Shown: in pieces, positions 13,747 to 18,159 of the stretch
Layout of the letters: each line of letters opens with the position of its first letter
Position numbering within the stretch: the first letter of the stretch is position 1
Origin: Gemmatimonadota bacterium
Lineage (GTDB): Bacteria; Gemmatimonadota; Gemmatimonadetes; Palauibacterales; KS3-K002
Length of the DNA stretch: 18,159 nt
Direction of reading: 5' to 3'
NCBI GenBank assembly: GCA_039588015.1
Contig: JBDHAS010000183.1
Coordinates: forward strand, 1-18,159
Made by a program: the position numbers and the translations under genes
Notes under the pieces: generated by a model
The model's input: only the letters and a program-made list of their open reading frames with translations
What the model was told of the DNA's origin: nothing
Database searches by the model: none

Positions 13747-16700
13747 CTAGCTCTGCACCTTCACCAGTCGGACGCGGTCTCTTCCGAGGACCGCGCGAAG
13801 CTGCTCGAGCGTCTCCGGCACCGGTGCCACCGCCAGGGCCCGCGAGCGCAAGCGGGACGGCTCCTCGCCGTTCTGCAGTACGATCTGTAAGGGGGCGGGC
13901 CCGGGGTGGGACCGGGCGATCTTGATCGCTTTCTCGAGCTTGTCCCGGTCGAGGTCACGGTCTGGCAACGCGAGGCAGACAGCTACGCGTCCGCTACCGT
14001 AGAGGGACTCCAAAGGAATGACGTCGTTGAGGAAAAGAGGTGGATCTTCCTCGTCGCGATCGCGCCCGGACACCGCGCCGATGAGCAGGACGGGCGCTCC
14101 GAGCTCGAGCTGGTCGCGATGCCTCGCCCAAGCATCGCGAAAGGCGAGCGCGACTGCGGTACCATGGAAGTCTTCGAAGACGAGGCTCGCCCACTCGGCC
14201 CCGTCTTTACGGGTGAACCGACGGTCGATCTCGGTGACCACACAAGCCACCTCTACCTTCCTGTCGCGCCGCTCGGGCAGACTGCTGGTGTTGGTGCGTC
14301 GCGCGTAAAGATCGACCAGGTCTCGGTGCTCGTCGAGCGGATGTCCGGAGACGTAAAAACCTACCAGCTGTTTCTCCCGGGCCAACTTGTCCGTCTCGGC
14401 CCACTCGGGAAATCGGGGCAGTGGTGGCGCCTGTCGATCTTCCGAGCTGTCGCCACCGAAGAGGCTCTGTTGGCCGGTTTCCCGTTCGCGTTGACGCAGC
14501 TGAGCCTCGCGCAGCGTCGCTTCGACGGCCTCGGCCATGGAGGCGCGAGTGCCGAACCCGTCCATGGCGCCAGCGCCGATCAAAGCTTCGATGACCCGTT
14601 TGTTGTTGAGCCTCTGGTCCACGCGGCTGCAGAAGTCGAACAGCGACTCGAAAGTTCCGTCGGTCTGCCGAGCCTGGATAATCGAATCGATGGCTGAGCG
14701 GCCGACGCCGCGGATAGCGCCCAGACCGAAGCGGATCGTGCCGTCGCTGACCACTGTGAACTTGTAGCCGGATTCGTTCACGTGAGGCGCCAGCACTTCG
14801 AGGCCGAGCCATCGACACTCGTTGATGTAGCCGACGACCTTGCCGGTGTTGCCGATCTCGGACGATAGCAGCGCGGCCATAAACTCGGCGGGGTAGTGCC
14901 GCTTGAGCCAGGCGGTGCGATAGGAGACCACCGCGTACGCGGTCGAGTGGGCTTTGGGGAAACCGTACCGACCGAACTTCTCGAGCAACTCAGCGATGGC
15001 TTCGGCGTCGTGCCGGCTGACGCCGTCGGCGGTGCTACGCTCGACGAAGCGGTCGAGCTCCTGGCGGATCAGCACCGGGTCCTTCTTGCCGACCGCCTTT
15101 CTGAGTACGTCGGCCTCGGCGAGGGAAAAGCCGGCCATCGCGTTGGCGACCTTCATCACCTGCTCTTGATAGGTAATGACGCCGTAGGTCGGTTCCAGGA
15201 CCTCGACCAGACTCTCGTGCGGGTATCTGACCGGCTCGACGCCGCGCTTGCGCCGGATGTAGACGTCGGTCATGCCGGAGTCGTTGGGGCCGGGCCGAAT
15301 GAGCGCGTTCACCGCGATCAGGTCGTCGAAGCGGTCGCAGCGCATCGCCCTGAGCTTTTCGGTGGCGAGCCCGGACTCGAACTGAAACACGCCCGCGGTG
15401 GTGCCATCGGCCAACATCTCGTAGACCTCGGGATCCTCGAAACCGAGTTCATCCCAATCGATCTCGACCCCGTGGCGCTCTCGGATCGCATCGGTGGCGT
15501 CGCTGATCACGGTGAGCGTTCGCAGCCCGAGAAAGTCAAACTTCAGCATGCCGGCTTTCTCGAGGCTTTGCATGTCGTATTGCGTGATGACCAGGTCGCC
15601 GTTCTTGGATGCCGCGGCGGCCCCGCGAGCGGGCGCATTCATGACCGGCACGTACTCCGCCAGCGGGCCGGGCGCGATCACGACGCCGGCGGCGTGGACT
15701 GAGGTGTGGCGGGACAGGCCCTCGAGGGTGGCGGCGTAGTCGAGCAGTTCCTTGTTGCGAGGCTCTTCCTCGTAGAAGGTCTTGAGCTCATCGACGCGCT
15801 TCACGGCTTCCTTCACCGTAAGGGAGTAGTTCGGCTGGTTTGGGATTAGCTTGGCGATGCGGTCGGTTTCGGCCGGAGCGAAGCCGAGGGTGCGACCTAC
15901 GTCGCGGACGGCAGCGCGGGCCTGCATCGTGCCGAAGGTGACGATCTGGCCGACGGAATCGGCGCCGTATTTGGCTCGCACGTAGTCGATCACTTCGCCG
16001 CGTCGCTCGTAGCAGAAATCGACATCGATGTCGGGCATCGTGCTGCGGTCTGGGTTCAGGAAGCGCTCGAACAGGAGCCCAAACCGCAGCGGGTCGATGT
16101 CGGTGATGCGAAGGCTGTAGGCGACGATCGAGCCGGCCGCCGATCCACGGCCCGGCCCCACGGGAATGCCCGCCTCTCTAGCGGCGCTGATGAAGTCCCA
16201 GACGATGAGGAAGTAGCCGCTGTAGCCGCAGCGGGTGATCACGTCGAGCTCGTACGCGAGTCGCTCGCGGACATCGTCGGTGAGCGGTTCGCCGTAGCGT
16301 TCGCGGACGCCGGCCTCAGCGAGCTCTCGCAGCAAGTCGTCCTCGGACTGATCTGCCTCCGCGCGCGGGAACTCCGGCAGGTAGACTTTGTCCTCGAACT
16401 CGACATTGCAGAGTTCCGCTATGGTCAGTGTGTTCTCGAGCGCGTCGGGATGCTCGGGAAAGGTCGCCTTCATCTCGGCCGGCGACTTGAAGTAGCTCTC
16501 CTGGCCGTAGAACTTGAGGCGATTGGGATCGTCCCGGTCTTTTCCGGTGCCGATGCACAGCAAGATGTCATGGGCGTCGGCGTCCTCGCGATTCAGGTAG
16601 TGAGCATCGTTGGTGGCCACGAGCGGCAGCCCGAGCTCGGCGGCCAACTCGATCACACCCTGGCGGGTCTTGTCCTGGCCCGGTATGCCATGGTCCTGTA

Positions 16701-17226
16701 TCTCCAGCCAGTAGTTCCCGTCGCCAAACAGCGCGGCGTGCCACTCGGCCGCTTCCCTTGCTTTCGCGTAACGGTCCAACAGCAAGTGCTGGGCGATCTC
16801 GCCCGACATGCAGGCGGACAAGCAGACCAGGCCCTCCGAGTGCTCGGCCAGCACGTCGTGGTCGATGCGCGGGCGTCGGTAGAAGCCTTCGGTTTGCCCG
16901 ATGGAGACGAGCTTAACCAGGTTGCGGTACCCGCGGACGTCTTTGGCGAGGAGGATCAAGTGCGAATAGTCGGAAGGTGCGTCGGGTGGCCGCTCCTTGA
17001 GTCGTCTGTCGCCGAACGCTACGTACGCCTCGCAGCCGATGATCGGCTTGACACCGCGCTCGCGGGCGATCTGGTAGAACCACCACGCTCCGTGCAGGTT
17101 GCCGTGGTCGGTGAGGGCGAGCGCCGGCATGCCGAGCTCGACGGCACGATCGACGAGGGCTTCGAGCTTGTTCGCGCCGTCGAGAAGCGAGTACTCACTG
17201 TGTGTGTGGAGGTGGACGAAGGACAT
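13747..17226 (-). CDS. dnaE: DNA polymerase III alpha subunit.
   Basis: 1159 aa. PHP-domain N-terminus MSFVHLHTHSEYSLLDG. Polymerase core motifs. OB-fold C-terminus. High GC3. Confidence 0.95.
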   Translation of the reverse strand: MSFVHLHTHSEYSLLDGANKLEALVDRAVELGMPALALTDHGNLHGAWWFYQIARERGVKPIIGCEAYVAFGDRRLKERPPDAPSDYSHLILLAKDVRGYRNLVKLVSIGQTEGFYRRPRIDHDVLAEHSEGLVCLSACMSGEIAQHLLLDRYAKAREAAEWHAALFGDGNYWLEIQDHGIPGQDKTRQGVIELAAELGLPLVATNDAHYLNREDADAHDILLCIGTGKDRDDPNRLKFYGQESYFKSPAEMKATFPEHPDALENTLTIAELCNVEFEDKVYLPEFPRAEADQSEDDLLRELAEAGVRERYGEPLTDDVRERLAYELDVITRCGYSGYFLIVWDFISAAREAGIPVGPGRGSAAGSIVAYSLRITDIDPLRFGLLFERFLNPDRSTMPDIDVDFCYERRGEVIDYVRAKYGADSVGQIVTFGTMQARAAVRDVGRTLGFAPAETDRIAKLIPNQPNYSLTVKEAVKRVDELKTFYEEEPRNKELLDYAATLEGLSRHTSVHAAGVVIAPGPLAEYVPVMNAPARGAAAASKNGDLVITQYDMQSLEKAGMLKFDFLGLRTLTVISDATDAIRERHGVEIDWDELGFEDPEVYEMLADGTTAGVFQFESGLATEKLRAMRCDRFDDLIAVNALIRPGPNDSGMTDVYIRRKRGVEPVRYPHESLVEVLEPTYGVITYQEQVMKVANAMAGFSLAEADVLRKAVGKKDPVLIRQELDRFVERSTADGVSRHDAEAIAELLEKFGRYGFPKAHSTAYAVVSYRTAWLKRHYPAEFMAALLSSEIGNTGKVVGYINECRWLGLEVLAPHVNESGYKFTVVSDGTIRFGLGAIRGVGRSAIDSIIQARQTDGTFESLFDFCSRVDQRLNNKRVIEALIGAGAMDGFGTRASMAEAVEATLREAQLRQRERETGQQSLFGGDSSEDRQAPPLPRFPEWAETDKLAREKQLVGFYVSGHPLDEHRDLVDLYARRTNTSSLPERRDRKVEVACVVTEIDRRFTRKDGAEWASLVFEDFHGTAVALAFRDAWARHRDQLELGAPVLLIGAVSGRDRDEEDPPLFLNDVIPLESLYGSGRVAVCLALPDRDLDRDKLEKAIKIARSHPGPAPLQIVLQNGEEPSRLRSRALAVAPVPETLEQLRAVLGRDRVRLVKVQS

Positions 17227-17231
17227 CTCGG

Positions 17232-18159
17232 CTACCCGGCCGCAGGAACTGCCGGCGCGGCGGCGCCGCTCGTCGGTGACGATCCTTCACCTGCGCAACG
17301 GAACGAGTCGAGCAGGATCTCAAGCTGCCGAAGGTAAGGGTACTTGTCCTTTCCAGGCGCGAATAGCCATGCGTCCATGTAGTATGTGCGGTTCTGTTGC
17401 GGGCACTCTAGGGCCCGGGTGATGAACGGGCCGGCGGCCGGAAACTCGGCTCGGTCTTGCCAGACGCCGCGAAACTCCAGGCCCGTGAGCCCACCTACCT
17501 CTATCGCCGCGAACCCGGAGCCCTTCTTCGCAAGGATGTCCTGCTTCGGCTCGTAGAACGTCTCGTCGATGATCTCGCGCCAGCCCTGCAGCGTTTGCTC
17601 GCGCGCCGTGCCGGTTCCGACGGTCCAGGTGAGGGCAAGCGAGCGCAATATGTCGCTGTCGCCCTGACGGTACGGGTTGCCGAAGCGGAACAGCGAGTCC
17701 TGACGGTGGTGGAGGTAGACCCTGGGCAGATCCAGCGTGAAGCCGTGGCCGGCCAGCGCCTGTTTGAGTGAGTCGTTGACCCCCGTAGTGTACATGCGTT
17801 GGACCACCCACTCGTCGTACCTGGCCTCGAGCAGCGTGTACAGGTCGGGCAGCAGCGAGCGGACGGCCTCCGCTTGGTCCTCCTCCGGCAGCAGCAGCAG
17901 GGTCACGAGCTGCGTACGGGCCCAGACTTCGCCCGCTTGGACGATGGCCGGCGGGTCGGCATCCGACTGGTCCGCCGAACCCAGCAGTTTCTTCACTACA
18001 TCGTCGTCGCGAGTCCCCATGACTACGACCTGCTGCCAGGCCCGCAGGTCCTGCCAGAGCGTGTCATCGGCCGCCACGAAGGTGACCTTGAACGTCCGCT
18101 CGGGGCGCGTAGTGAATACGCGCCGCTCCAATGCGCCCATGAGGGCCGAGTCGACCTGG
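17232..18159 (-). CDS. Hypothetical protein. Stop lies 5 nt upstream of the dnaE ATG. The frame is still open at the window edge. An ATG at 18140 exists, but the gene may start beyond the window.
   Basis: Long ORF on the same strand as dnaE, tightly juxtaposed. Ala/Pro-rich C-terminal tail. No family recognised from sequence. Confidence 0.5.
   Translation of the reverse strand, partial: QVDSALMGALERRVFTTRPERTFKVTFVAADDTLWQDLRAWQQVVVMGTRDDDVVKKLLGSADQSDADPPAIVQAGEVWARTQLVTLLLLPEEDQAEAVRSLLPDLYTLLEARYDEWVVQRMYTTGVNDSLKQALAGHGFTLDLPRVYLHHRQDSLFRFGNPYRQGDSDILRSLALTWTVGTGTAREQTLQGWREIIDETFYEPKQDILAKKGSGFAAIEVGGLTGLEFRGVWQDRAEFPAAGPFITRALECPQQNRTYYMDAWLFAPGKDKYPYLRQLEILLDSFRCAGEGSSPTSGAAAPAVPAAG

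Noticed and set aside
14207-15702. Internal ORFs in dnaE (13906-14697 plus, 14207-14818 minus, 14896-15702 plus, 16450-17337 plus).
   Set aside because: They lie entirely within or antisense to the 1159-aa DnaE frame and have low-complexity compositions.
17320-17811. ORFs 17320-17811 minus, 17457-17771 plus and 17099-17422 plus near the right end.
   Set aside because: They overlap the long minus-strand hypothetical gene in other frames and have Arg/Pro/Gly-rich junk composition.
1-18159. Looked for CRISPR arrays, IS/transposase/integrase genes, toxin-antitoxin pairs and defence-system signatures.
   Set aside because: No spacer-repeat arrays, no recombinase, transposase or nuclease-like ORFs, and no terminal inverted repeats flanking any block. 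Gene content is chromosomal housekeeping and envelope.

Overview
This window is a high-GC (~66%) bacterial chromosomal segment with 15 genes, mostly conserved housekeeping and envelope functions. There is no sign of mobile elements, CRISPR, rRNA or tRNA.

Genes on the minus strand:
- a partial unknown gene (1-249), GTG-started, immediately downstream of fadB
- a FadB/FadJ-type fatty-acid-oxidation alpha subunit (enoyl-CoA hydratase/3-hydroxyacyl-CoA dehydrogenase)
- a coiled-coil lipoprotein
- a YggT membrane protein
- an M23/EnvC-like peptidase
- a CapA-family lipoprotein
- MetRS (metG)
- a PSP1/RicT-domain protein
- AccA
- DnaE
- an unknown protein that runs off the 3' edge of the window

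Genes on the plus strand:
- a LemA lipoprotein
- a Cld-family/HemQ (coproheme decarboxylase-like) protein fused to a C-terminal Rieske [2Fe-2S] domain
- a YqiJ/NfeD-like membrane protein with a flotillin (SPFH) partner, arranged as an operon

Strand and frame calls are supported by third-position GC (true genes about 80% GC3).

Things that deserve a second look:
- the HemQ-Rieske fusion
- a family of 7-bp periodic TCGAATA-type intergenic repeats, with a recurring GAATATCGAA motif, lying 3' of two plus-strand genes
- two gene junctions (lipoprotein/fadB and PSP1/metG) where conserved protein sequence jumps frame and the upstream gene has no stop. This indicates indels, pseudogenisation or a real fusion.
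- an NfeD loop encoded by tandem GAYGTS hexamers, giving (Asp-Val)n with His
- 21-bp tandem coding repeats giving an acidic EASEP-rich N-terminus on PSP1
- a perfect 9-2-9 palindrome upstream of the M23 gene

Most of this is well-known biology. I cannot identify a clearly new multi-gene system with confidence.
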